A stretch of 64,000 nucleotides of DNA from assembly GCA_047628735.1 (NCBI GenBank), contig JBLHVT010000005.1, positions 1,426 to 65,425 on the forward strand, read 5' to 3'. Made by a program: the position numbers and the translations under genes. Origin of the DNA: Glaciecola sp. GTDB taxonomy: Bacteria > Pseudomonadota > Gammaproteobacteria > Pseudomonadales > Pseudohongiellaceae. Positions 11,701-18,980 of this stretch are shown here, in pieces (position 1 is the stretch's first letter; every line of letters starts with the position of its first letter). The notes below the pieces were generated by a model, which was not told the origin of the DNA, made no database searches, and saw only the letters and a list, made by a program, of their open reading frames with translations.

Positions 11701-14193
11701 GTGTTAATGACTGGCGGCGAGAAAGTCTCGCTCTCCCATGTCAATAGTGTGCAGCAGGCTTGCCCCGATGTTGAGTTATTGCATGTATATGGTCCTACCG
11801 AGAACACAACTTTTTCTACATACTATTGCGTAACTCAAATGCAACTAGGTGATGTTCCGATTGGCTATCCGGTTACTGGCAGCACACTTTATATACTTGA
11901 TCAGCAACTGCAGCTTTGTCCAATTGGTGTTCCTGGAGAGATCTATTTGGGTGGCGGTGGATTGGCGAGAGGCTACTTACGCAGAGACGATTTGACAAGA
12001 GATAGCTTTATAGAGCGGCCAGCTAGCCTCGCTCCTATTCTTGAGCAAAATAGTGAAACGCCAACAAGGCTGTATCGGACAGGCGATACGGCGGTTTGGT
12101 TGGAAGACGGTGCGGTTCAGTATACAGGGCGCATCGATAATCAGGTGAAGATTCGAGGGTTTCGGGTTGAGCCAGAAGAGTTGGAACTGCATTTGAAAGC
12201 GCTTTCTAGTGTTGCAGAAGCCGCGGTTAAAGCCAGGCAGACGACTGCTGGTACATGGGAACTTGTCGCTTGGATCGTCTGGATGTCGGATAACAACGAG
12301 CAGCGAAGTGAATCAATGCAAATAGATTTACAACAGATTAATGATGAGATTGCGTTAAGCCTACCTGCCTATATGTTACCAGCAGCCTGGGGAATACTAG
12401 ATACAATGCCGATGAAATCTACCGGCAAAATCGATCGGGAAAAACTGCCTAAACCAGAATTTATTCTCTCTCGGCGCGTCAATGAACTCGTGACGGCTAA
12501 GAGCGCCAGTGAGTCGCTGCTACTTGGCATCTGGAAAACGGTGCTTGGTTTTAGCGAGATAGGAATAACAGATAACTTCTTCGAGCTCGGTGGTGACTCT
12601 ATCAAAGTTATTCAAGTAATTAGTCGACTGCGAAAAAAAGGCTTCACTTTGGAAGCAAGACGTCTATATGAAGAGCCTACTATAATAGCAGTTGCTCCGT
12701 ATCTAATCGCGGACAAGGAAAAAGTAAATAAAGGTCCCGTCACCGGTTTGGTACGTTTGTCGCCGATCCAAGCTTGGTTCTTTGAACATTTTCAGGGGCC
12801 TATTTCACATTTTAATCAGTCTGTTTTACTTGTCTGTAAGGATCGGATTGATATTGATGTATTGACCGCAGTAATCGAGCATTTGCAGACTTTGCACGAT
12901 TCATTGCGTATGCAGTATCTATCTCAGCCAGATGGCTCTTACCAACAGGTATGCCAGCCTATCGACTTTCCGGTGGCCCTTGATGTAGTGGAAATCGAAA
13001 AGGACAGCGCTGAAGTTGCGCTCGTCGAGATGAACCGGCTCCAAGCTAGTATCAACCTTCAGTCGGGGCCGCTATTCAAGGTTCTGCTTATCCGCTCAGA
13101 TATCGAGGATCGTGTGTTTGTAGTAACTCATCACTTGGTTGTAGACGGTGTCTCATGGCGCTTGCTGCTTGAAGAGCTCGAAGCGCTTTACACAAGCTTA
13201 GCTACTCATGGCGAAGAGTTGCCAGTAATTCACCGCTCTGATTCTTATAGAGACTGGACTGAGTGGCTTTACCATTTTAGTCAAAGCGATGATATCGAGG
13301 CTGCTTGCGATTACTGGAATAGCATAGATCAGCGTGATGATTTTGCAGATTACGTTCTTACTAGCAAAGCCAAGATGGCGGAGGAAAAGTCAGAAGCTAC
13401 TTCGAGAAAAGAAATTGCTGGTAGTCATGGTGGCGAACAGACAATTGCTATTCAGCTCAATACAACTAAAACCCAACAACTAGTCTTAGAATCAGGTAGG
13501 GCCTATCACACGGATGTACAAGACCTGTTGCTGGCGGCATTTTCTTTAGCCCTATACCGATGGCAAGAACTTCAGTCAGTCATGATTACTCTGGAAGGAC
13601 ATGGTAGAGAATCTCTAAGTGATTCACCTATGATTGACAGCACTATTGGTTGGTTTACGTGTTTGTATCCTCACCAATTATATTTTTTCGACGATAAGTC
13701 ATTGTCACTAGATCAATCGTTTGCCGTTTTGATAAAAAGCACCAAGGAATCAATTCGGAAAATTCCTAATAAAGGTTTGAGCTATGGGATTATTCAACAG
13801 TATCCGTTGGCAGGGAGAGAAATAGTTAAACCACCCCCGCTAATCAGTTTCAATTATTTGGGTCAATTCGATCAATTTGATGATGTACCTGATGCTGGGT
13901 TTTTTACCTTTGGAGAGAACGCATCGACCAATATTGATCCAGATTTAACGATGCCGCATGCAGTCGATTTCAATGCAATCATAAACAATAAGCAGTTGGT
14001 AATCTCATTGTCTTATCAGGTGGAGTTATTTGATGCGGTCAATATGCAGTCGCTGCTAAATCATGTTGAGGTCAGCCTAGGCGAGATTTTGAACCACTGT
14101 TTAGAAAAAGAGTCTAGTGAAAACACTGTCAGTGATTTTGAGTTTGCTGATTTGGACGAAGACGATTTTGATAGTGTTCTTAATAATCTATGA
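2554..14193 (+). CDS. Non-ribosomal peptide synthetase, three modules plus epimerase: dock-C-A-T-C-A-T-C-A-T-E
   Basis: Core motifs, in order:
- C1 HHIVTDGWS 3148-3174
- A1 YTSGSTGLPKG 4624-4656
- T1 GGHSL, Ser 5917-5919
- C2 HHIICDEWS 6532-6558
- A2 YTSGSTGQPKG 8008-8040
- T2 GGQSL, Ser 9256-9258
- C3 HHLISDGWS 9844-9870
- A3 YTSGSTGQPKG 11371-11403
- T3 GGDSI, Ser 12598-12600 (the GGDS form is typical upstream of E domains)
- E HHLVVDGVSW 13129-13158
The acidic C-terminal tail DFEFADLDEDDFDSVLNNL resembles a COM donor. Confidence 0.97.
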   Translation: MSLDELFSTLEQVGIRLSASDGQLNFRAPKGAMTTELKAQIRDSKADILRFFSEQESILPIEAADYYALCHAQQRIWMLAQIEQDGTLFNVPLAYVIEGKFDVARFKKSLACLLERHEILRTVFPLIEGEPKQRVTSFSTEFLDAIFSERDVQDLSPSEIENLLTKETRTIFDLEAGPMFKVLIAKESSERQLLLVTLHHIVTDGWSVRLMMQELIAHYKIDQDGDSVLPNLSFQYRDFAAWQNRQIQSGAMAAHQKFWIEQFSEGIPTLELHTDFPRPAVQSFNGAEISFSFDAGLVEAIHQLSRRCSASFYMTLVTLTQTLLLRHSQQESIVVGMPVSGRERSDLDDQLGLYINTMALKTDLPMSLTAIEAIEVVRNNFINAYEYQAYPFDLLVDDLDLDRDLSRSPLFDVMVILQESGATGDSESTLRLSPLPMPSTTSKYDLTFHLEERASELHLSIEYNTDLFSASRIKGLGEQFGDLAKRMVASPDVPLSTFSVLSEMKEGLLLSQLTGNVNNGLYSSSDADSNLESDRNFIASFREQAAKNPRKTAITFSNEMLTYEQLDQQSDSLAAYLQNYFQHNSIELSQCLVGLCVERSTRMIVSLLGVLKSGAAYLPIDPGYPSDRIAYMLKDSGAQLVLSEAELVKVIAQACDANFVCIDSQWESICRTDVSKLERAMDNENLAYVIYTSGSTGLPKGVEISHHALSNFLSSMAREPGLRQQDRLLAVTTICFDIAALELFLPLLQGAEIVLAADSDVVDGQKLIDLVGQHQVTCMQATPVTWKLMLSAGWQGSPRLKVLCGGEALSTQLAGELLPRCDQLWNMYGPTETTIWSLVARITSDSIAQSNGGIVHIGSPIENTTLLVLDRWGKISAPGVPGELCIGGAGLARGYLNRPDLSADKFFLYRLPQNQPLKSQVQENSLQLHSLQLHSLQLHSLQQHRYYRTGDLVCVTEQGQLDFLGRLDNQVKVRGYRIELGEIEAQLGHSDLVSTAVVCAQRDSDGQNYLVAYIQPTSDQLQIDSTKLLSIKAGLSDVLPGYMVPDQFVVLDEFPLTANGKIDRKKLLQHDSEVGIAIVTQSVPYVPADTPLEKVLVDIWQSVLEVETVGLDDNFFELGGHSLKATRLVFRLQKETELALQLLDIFKYPTISKLIENVTGHESIVPIEALTKAAASDENGESLWPLSRAQERLWLMHQLDLSLANANAGAAYNVSTGITLSGPLDITSLQLALTQIIKRHESLRTVFPAQNDGSTMQRVVGYSDLDDSLAFIALQGEQDLTGVVTDFTGQPFDLVHGPLFKVLLVKADEDLEGGKKNQEHTLVLSLHHIICDEWSLRIILQELLMLYHSHSGQSEFALKDLAIQYRDYAHWQNRRFADQSLQQLRGYWLAKISAPPGSLNLPADYPRPDEMDYQGDSVEFNWPLELNSALAALAVRAGQSQFMILTALVKVLLFRYSGETDITIGSPVLGRTHPDLENQVGNYVNMLALRDILSPHESFLVFLDQIKETISGALEHQEYPFDQLVEDLSVPRELDRHPVFDVLISLESQSVDDRLISLPVGKRSIGLQKTTPRISPYSCALPVAKYDLSFNFTETEEGLRASINFRTSLFKRQRIERLAGHLVQLMHSIIRQPETPLRELSLLTEAESQALLSYNQTAADYPKNFSLVDLWSAQVLKNPNTVAVIYRDIQMTYQEIDEAASRLATMLITQGEIGLAEPVVVYLEKSHKVIISFLGVLKAGGCYVPLDPSYPEKRADYILQSSHCRLIIADDIPEFMHSPGRKFFLAIAPSGQSINSGSSVKEEFVERECDPNQTAYVIYTSGSTGQPKGCKVSHCNVVRFIVNDKNIFNFSETDVWLVSHSFSFDFSVLEMYGALLVGGRVVVADREDVVDTSAFRKLLCKHQVTILTQTPAAFTNLVLVEMTVADHGLDEHLRMVILGGERLSFASLQPWISFYPNDKVQIINGYGPTEATVLSTYHALTDAEIMADNGLSIIGGPLPETQVYIFDEFRQQQPIGISGEIWIGGSGVCQGYINQPTLTSSRFVPMAVASGLIGVEEITQLLYRSGDVGSRLEDGSIVFLGRNDNQVQVRGFRIELGEIEAQLNQFSEVEKSFVTVNSQIGETKGTADSTDLVAYIVPANKQFTEGLLRTYLGEQLPVYMVPTFIVMLEELPLTSNGKIDTAALPIPGYPTTALSDGLTRALTKEHGVLAKLWSQVLGHNVGSATDNFFDIGGQSLKAVQLSLLIEREYQKTFNLRNIFSAPTIEQQCELIRTAPPSSAVMQSVSHIPMLDSEPGESEVMPLSPTQRRLWALEELGLASGVYNIYGANVLIGDLNAVALEQAVNKVIQRHSVLRTVFVSENATGGQKIRPFVDSSNLDAIDLASCVEAEKQVRLFCQEDAVAPFDLSAGPLYRFKLYKLDRQRHVFSINLHHLISDGWSQSVLVTDLMSCYEDFCQERSSSLNKLELQYYDYACWINRLSEAGKFDGHKVWWRQQFVEDILPLTLPSDRSRPSIQEFSGDIVHFELPETLSKLIRRTALNEQQSVYAVLLTAVKVLLHRYSGQKDIIVGSAEAGRSDLNLSEQIGFYANMLVLRDQVESNDCWQGLLCKVGHTLLEALEHRDYPFDELVEDLAIPRDISRSPLFDVAVSMLPSASLSREQASYLSQSIDIQPFVVSQPVSRFDLSFYFTDSVEGAIKGGIEFSTALFDRSRIERMAGHFTQALESGLNNLGQSISDLRLLTDLEIEEIKNGFSKEPSKITEADLVYSRLDESPSSLGPVEIFLQQVKINPQGIAVQSHTDSLSYQQLDEQSAVLAAWLMKMVFTDNDQSSSETPEKTVALLFTRHPRMVVSVLAVLRAGLTYVPLDSTFPESRLSFILDDSDSTIVLTEFSQRELVPSNYRGLICAVDSEWASISEIASEMPSLSIQQYYSPQRLAYIIYTSGSTGQPKGVLIEGGSIVDLVKNTNFIDITPQDRILQAGSLAFDASTFEIWGAILNGASLYMPSRNELLDPATFANSLYVQSISITFLTTSLFNQLSAFDASLFSTLRVLMTGGEKVSLSHVNSVQQACPDVELLHVYGPTENTTFSTYYCVTQMQLGDVPIGYPVTGSTLYILDQQLQLCPIGVPGEIYLGGGGLARGYLRRDDLTRDSFIERPASLAPILEQNSETPTRLYRTGDTAVWLEDGAVQYTGRIDNQVKIRGFRVEPEELELHLKALSSVAEAAVKARQTTAGTWELVAWIVWMSDNNEQRSESMQIDLQQINDEIALSLPAYMLPAAWGILDTMPMKSTGKIDREKLPKPEFILSRRVNELVTAKSASESLLLGIWKTVLGFSEIGITDNFFELGGDSIKVIQVISRLRKKGFTLEARRLYEEPTIIAVAPYLIADKEKVNKGPVTGLVRLSPIQAWFFEHFQGPISHFNQSVLLVCKDRIDIDVLTAVIEHLQTLHDSLRMQYLSQPDGSYQQVCQPIDFPVALDVVEIEKDSAEVALVEMNRLQASINLQSGPLFKVLLIRSDIEDRVFVVTHHLVVDGVSWRLLLEELEALYTSLATHGEELPVIHRSDSYRDWTEWLYHFSQSDDIEAACDYWNSIDQRDDFADYVLTSKAKMAEEKSEATSRKEIAGSHGGEQTIAIQLNTTKTQQLVLESGRAYHTDVQDLLLAAFSLALYRWQELQSVMITLEGHGRESLSDSPMIDSTIGWFTCLYPHQLYFFDDKSLSLDQSFAVLIKSTKESIRKIPNKGLSYGIIQQYPLAGREIVKPPPLISFNYLGQFDQFDDVPDAGFFTFGENASTNIDPDLTMPHAVDFNAIINNKQLVISLSYQVELFDAVNMQSLLNHVEVSLGEILNHCLEKESSENTVSDFEFADLDEDDFDSVLNNL
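5325..5387 (+). repeat. 15-bp in-frame tandem repeat, 4 copies plus a partial one, encoding (SLQLH)n inside A domain 1
   Basis: The unit is CAG[C/T]TT[A/G]CAAC[T/A]ACA, with copies at 5325, 5340, 5355 and 5370. The translation is SLQLHSLQLHSLQLHSLQQH. It sits between A6 (GELCIGGAGLARGY) and A7 (YRTGD). Confidence 0.95.
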
Positions 14194-17100
14194 GCGATAA
14201 ATCCGAAATATCTCAAGAAGAGAAGCCTATCAAAAAGTCTGATATAGAAGACATCTTTGGGCTGTCCCCAATGCAGGAAGGAATGCTTTACGAGATGTTA
14301 ATGCAGGCCAACTCTGGTGCCTATCATGTTCAAATGGACTGTAAGCTAACAGGACAGGTCCACGTCGCTCACTTTTTTGCAGCCTGGCGCTTGCTTTGCC
14401 AGCGCCACACTATTTTGCGCAGTGCGTTTATGCATGAAGGTATTGAAAAGCCGGTACAGGTGGTATTGAAGGCACGGGAACCGGAGTGTCAATTTGTAGA
14501 TTTACGCGAAGAATTGAATGCCAGTGACGCTGATGATGGTAAGGGCGACTGTGATATTTCAATTGAGAAGGGCAGTATAATTGAACAATATCTAACAGTG
14601 GATTTGGCAAAAGGTTTTGATTTGCAAAGAGACGCTCTGATGCGATTGTCTTTGTATCAAGTAACAGAAAATGAATTTCGTTTTGTTTGGTGTTTTCCTC
14701 ACCTCCTTATCGATGCTTGGAGTATGGGGCTTATTATAGAAGACCTGACCGTGATGTATCGGCAACTCTACCGTGAGGGTATTGCGAAGAAGTCATTAGC
14801 TCCAGCGGTTCCGTGGAAAAACTATATCAAGTGGTTAAAAGCTCAGAACCCTCAATTAGCCAAAAATTATTGGCAAAATTACTTGAGTGGCTATGAGGAA
14901 GTTGTTGAACTTCCTTGGCGCAATCCAAAGCCCGCAGACTATGTTATCGGAGAGATGACAATCTCTCTTGGCGCTGAGCTATCGGCATCATTAGCGAGTA
15001 TGGCCTCACAGCAGGGCACAACAGTTAATAATGTCTTTCAGGCAGTTTGGGGCTTAGTTCTCTCTCGGTTGACCGGGGAAAGAGATGTCGCCTTTGGCAC
15101 AGTTGTGTCGGGTAGACAGTCTCGGCTATCTGGAATTGAAGATATTGTAGGTCTGTTTATTAATGCGATTCCGGTTCGTGCAGTGCCGTCTAATGATAAA
15201 ACGATCCTTGAGTTGATAACGGAGGTTCAAAACAATACGGTTGCAAGCTTCGACTATCAATACCTGCCCCTTGCGGATATTCAACAAGTTAGTGGATTGG
15301 GCCGTGAACTCTTCGACCATCTTCTAATTTTTGAGAACTACCCTTTAGGGACTGGCGACGAAGACTCTCATGCCGCTGACGATGATCTGCAGTTTTCTGA
15401 TGTAAAGGCTCATGATATTACGCACTATGATTTCAATCTCATTATTATTCCTGGTGATGTATTAGAGATTAGAGTTACCTGGAATGCTGATGCCTTCGAC
15501 TCAGCTGCAATCCAAAATTATCTTGATAGCTATAGACGCGGCTTAGAGTGGTGTAGTGCTAACAAAGAGAAGACAGTCGACCAGTTTTGCGTATTGTCAC
15601 CAGTTGAAAAAAATCAGCTGCACACTGAGTTTAACAATGCCCCGACAGATGCCCCGACAGACAGCCGATCTAATCAAACCCTGCTTGATGTCATTGCACA
15701 GAACTGTGAACTATTCCCGGATGCAATTGCTATTCGTTATTTGCTAGATGAGACTCAGTTAAGCGCACCACTCACACAAGCACTTTCCACAGTAGAGTTA
15801 AGCTATCTCGAGTTAAGTGATATCTCAGACCGAATAGCGGTTTGGTTAATCCAACGGTATGGTGATTGTAATGGCCAGCGAGTCGCGGTTTGTTTAGAAC
15901 GCTCTGAATTGGTGGTGCCAGTATTGCTCGGTATTATGAAAACTGGGGCGGCATGGATTCCTCTTGAACAGGATTGGCCCGCTGAGCGTTTATCCTCGGT
16001 CATTCAAGAATCTTCGCCTCTGATTCTATTGACCTCATCAAATTTAAAGCAGTCAATAACTGAATTACTAACGTGTCCAGTGGTATCAGTGGATGCTTAT
16101 TTTGTTCAAAGCTTACCATTGCTTCGGCCTGGTTCTGAGGAGTTCACACAACTAGCAATGGCGAAACCATGCTTTGAGGATGCCGCCTACATCATATTCA
16201 CGTCGGGATCTACTGGCGAGCCAAAGGGGTGCGTGTTAAGCCATGGCAATTTGGCGCACTATGCCGGATGGGCCGGTCGGCATTACTATACTGCAGTCTC
16301 TGCAGTCTCTGCAGTCTCTGCAGGGAATGATGCCAGCCTTAACAGTGGAAAAATTACCGGCGGTAATATGTGTTTGTTTACCGCCATTAGTTTTGATCTA
16401 ACGATTACTTCTCTTTTTGTCCCTTTAACCTTAGGAAAAATGCTGACTGTTTTTCCTCAACGTGCAGAGTTAACCGACATACTTAGCTACGCGTTTCAGG
16501 GTATCAATGATATTGATGCAATTAAATTAACGCCAAGTCATATTTCTTTGTTAAGAGACTTAGATCTCCAATCAAGTCATATTACGACTGCAATTGTTGG
16601 CGGAGAAGCATTGTTACCAGAACAGGTTGCCGTGTTGCATGGTCTGAATTCTAGTATGCGTGTTGAAAATGAATACGGTCCGACTGAGACAACCGTAGGT
16701 TGTATAGTTCAAGAAGTGTCGCCAGGCAGTGACAAAATACATATTGGTAAACCCATTAGTAATACTTCAGTTTTTATTTTGGATTCTGCATTGCAGCCGG
16801 TTCCTGTTGGGGTGAAAGGAGAAATCTGTATTGCTGGCAGAGGTGTTGCAAGCGGTTATTTCGAGAGGGGGGCGCTAACTCGCGAGAAATTCATTCAATA
16901 TTCACCCAATATAGACAGGTCTGAAAGACTTAGAATGTATAAAACAGGTGATTTGGGCTGTTGGTTGGCCGATGGCACTATTCATCTGTTTGGCAGGCTT
17001 GATGATCAGGTCAAGATACGTGGTCATCGTATTGAACTGGGCGAAATCGAAGCCTGTATCTCGTCCCACAGCAATGTAGCAAATGCAGTAGTACAGTATC

Positions 17101-18947
17101 GACTTAATAACGAAGGGCATGATGAGTTGGTAGCTTGGTATGTGTCAGAGGCCGCTTTACCGAACAGTAGATTGGAATCGGACATTCGAGCTTTTATCGC
17201 AGACAAGTTGCCAAGTTATATGCTGCCTAGTTCGTTGCTTGAAGTAGGTGAAATTTCTCTGACCAGCAATGGTAAAGTCGATAAGGGTTGTCTTGTATGG
17301 CCGGAAAAGCTGTCCGACTCCACCGTTCATCTAAACGAACCGTTGAACGAGGTGCAGAACAATGTCGCGAAAATTTGGCAGCGGGTACTCGGCCTAAACG
17401 AGCCTCCAGGCTTGCAAGACAATTTCTTTCATATTGGCGGTCACAGCTTAAAAGCGATGCAAGTTGTGGCACGATTACATAAAGAGCTGGGGCTGCGAAT
17501 CAAGTTGAATGAGTTTTTTGATAACTCATTGCTCTGTGAATTGACCGGTCTTCTAGAGACAAAGAAAGTCTCGAGTTTCGAGCATATTCCCGTATCTCCT
17601 GTCAGAAAGCATTATCCTCTATCGGATGCCCAGAAGAGTTTATGGCTACTACAGTGGCATGGTACTGGAAAGGCGGGTGCCGCCTACAATATGCCAAAAG
17701 CATTTCTCTACCATACGCCAGTGGACATCGTCAGGCTCAAACGTGCCTTTGCCTTGCTTATTGGCAGGCACGAGAGTTTACGGACAGGTTTCGAAGAAAT
17801 TGCTGGTGTTCCGGTGCAAGTAATCCATAGCAATGTGAAATTGCCGATAGAGATAGTCGACTTGTCGTTTGCTGAGAATTCAATGGAGCGGGCGAGGGAA
17901 GTTGTATCGGAAGATGCTTATGTGCCATTCGATTTGACCAAGCCTCCTTTGATACGATTGGCATTAATTAGGCTTCAGGATAACAAGAGCGTTATATTGC
18001 TTACAGTCAATCACATCATTGGTGATGGCTGGTCGATGAATGTTATTTATCAAGAGATCATGGCACTTTATGAAGCGTGTTGCCAAGACCGTCCATCCCC
18101 ACTTGCCCCACTGAGGGTGCAGTACAAAGATTACACACAGTGGCAGCTTAATCAGGATTTGACTAGTGCAAAGAACTACTGGCAACAAGTGTTAGATGGG
18201 ATTCCCGAAAAAATTGCACTGCCTTACGATTTTCCTGATGCGGACAAGAGCAAATTTGAAGGGGATATCACTAACCTTGTCATTGAGCGATCGACGCGAA
18301 ATGCGCTTTATACTTTCTCACAGCGCTGTAACACGACTATGTCGACGTTAGTTCTGTCAGTGTTTAACCTATTTCTTTTTCAACTGACCAAGCAAGAGGA
18401 TATCGTGATAGGGATGAGCGTGGCTAACCGCAACCATCCTGACCTTGAAAACCTGATCGGTTTTTTTGTGAATATTCTACCTATTCGCATTGTTATGGAT
18501 AACGACATTGAGTTTGAAGATCTTGTCGACCAAGTGGCGAAAAAAACTCAAGGTGCTATGCAGCATCAGGAGTTTCCCTTTGATCGGATGGTCGAAATGG
18601 TAAACCCCGACAGAAATAGCGAACATCAGCCAGTTCTAAATGTCGTTTATGGTTTTCAGAACTTTTCTGATGTCAGTCTTGAGTTGGACAAAGCGCAAGG
18701 CAGTGTAGCCAAAGAAGGCCGCGTAATTTCTACACCGGAAACGTCAGATGAAGACTTTGAGTCTTTCGATTTACCCTTTAAAACAGCAAAATTTGATCTT
18801 ACTCTTTTTGTTTTGGATGATGGTGAACGGCTACACTTAGACCTCGAATACAATTCCAGTCTTTTTCTTGAAAAATCAGCATTGCGGCAGCTAAGAATGC
18901 TGGGAGCTATTATGCAACAAATTGCTAAGAGTAGTGGGTATGAATAA
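14190..18947 (+). CDS. Non-ribosomal peptide synthetase: C-A-T-C, with a condensation domain at the C-terminus
   Basis: The ATGA overlap with the upstream ORF indicates coupling. The N-terminus LSPMQEGMLYE is typical of C domains that follow an E domain. Core motifs, in order:
- C4 PHLLIDAWS 14697-14723
- A4 FTSGSTGEPKG 16197-16229
- T4 GGHSL, Ser 17445-17447
- C5 NHIIGDGWS 18009-18035. Confidence 0.97.
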   Translation: MSDKSEISQEEKPIKKSDIEDIFGLSPMQEGMLYEMLMQANSGAYHVQMDCKLTGQVHVAHFFAAWRLLCQRHTILRSAFMHEGIEKPVQVVLKAREPECQFVDLREELNASDADDGKGDCDISIEKGSIIEQYLTVDLAKGFDLQRDALMRLSLYQVTENEFRFVWCFPHLLIDAWSMGLIIEDLTVMYRQLYREGIAKKSLAPAVPWKNYIKWLKAQNPQLAKNYWQNYLSGYEEVVELPWRNPKPADYVIGEMTISLGAELSASLASMASQQGTTVNNVFQAVWGLVLSRLTGERDVAFGTVVSGRQSRLSGIEDIVGLFINAIPVRAVPSNDKTILELITEVQNNTVASFDYQYLPLADIQQVSGLGRELFDHLLIFENYPLGTGDEDSHAADDDLQFSDVKAHDITHYDFNLIIIPGDVLEIRVTWNADAFDSAAIQNYLDSYRRGLEWCSANKEKTVDQFCVLSPVEKNQLHTEFNNAPTDAPTDSRSNQTLLDVIAQNCELFPDAIAIRYLLDETQLSAPLTQALSTVELSYLELSDISDRIAVWLIQRYGDCNGQRVAVCLERSELVVPVLLGIMKTGAAWIPLEQDWPAERLSSVIQESSPLILLTSSNLKQSITELLTCPVVSVDAYFVQSLPLLRPGSEEFTQLAMAKPCFEDAAYIIFTSGSTGEPKGCVLSHGNLAHYAGWAGRHYYTAVSAVSAVSAGNDASLNSGKITGGNMCLFTAISFDLTITSLFVPLTLGKMLTVFPQRAELTDILSYAFQGINDIDAIKLTPSHISLLRDLDLQSSHITTAIVGGEALLPEQVAVLHGLNSSMRVENEYGPTETTVGCIVQEVSPGSDKIHIGKPISNTSVFILDSALQPVPVGVKGEICIAGRGVASGYFERGALTREKFIQYSPNIDRSERLRMYKTGDLGCWLADGTIHLFGRLDDQVKIRGHRIELGEIEACISSHSNVANAVVQYRLNNEGHDELVAWYVSEAALPNSRLESDIRAFIADKLPSYMLPSSLLEVGEISLTSNGKVDKGCLVWPEKLSDSTVHLNEPLNEVQNNVAKIWQRVLGLNEPPGLQDNFFHIGGHSLKAMQVVARLHKELGLRIKLNEFFDNSLLCELTGLLETKKVSSFEHIPVSPVRKHYPLSDAQKSLWLLQWHGTGKAGAAYNMPKAFLYHTPVDIVRLKRAFALLIGRHESLRTGFEEIAGVPVQVIHSNVKLPIEIVDLSFAENSMERAREVVSEDAYVPFDLTKPPLIRLALIRLQDNKSVILLTVNHIIGDGWSMNVIYQEIMALYEACCQDRPSPLAPLRVQYKDYTQWQLNQDLTSAKNYWQQVLDGIPEKIALPYDFPDADKSKFEGDITNLVIERSTRNALYTFSQRCNTTMSTLVLSVFNLFLFQLTKQEDIVIGMSVANRNHPDLENLIGFFVNILPIRIVMDNDIEFEDLVDQVAKKTQGAMQHQEFPFDRMVEMVNPDRNSEHQPVLNVVYGFQNFSDVSLELDKAQGSVAKEGRVISTPETSDEDFESFDLPFKTAKFDLTLFVLDDGERLHLDLEYNSSLFLEKSALRQLRMLGAIMQQIAKSSGYE
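15639..15662 (+). repeat. 12-bp in-frame tandem duplication encoding (APTD)2 in the C-A linker
   Basis: gccccgacagat at 15639-15650 is followed directly by gccccgacagac at 15651-15662. Confidence 0.85.
16292..16323 (+). repeat. 9-bp in-frame tandem repeat, about 3.5 copies, encoding (AVS)n inside A domain 4
   Basis: The unit tgcagtctc occurs at 16292, 16301 and 16310, followed by a partial tgcag. The translation is TAVSAVSAVSAG. It sits between A3 (FTSGSTGEPKG) and A4 (FDLTITS). Confidence 0.95.
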
Positions 18948-18980
18948 GTTTGCAGCGGGATTTCAAAAGGAGTTGAAAAA

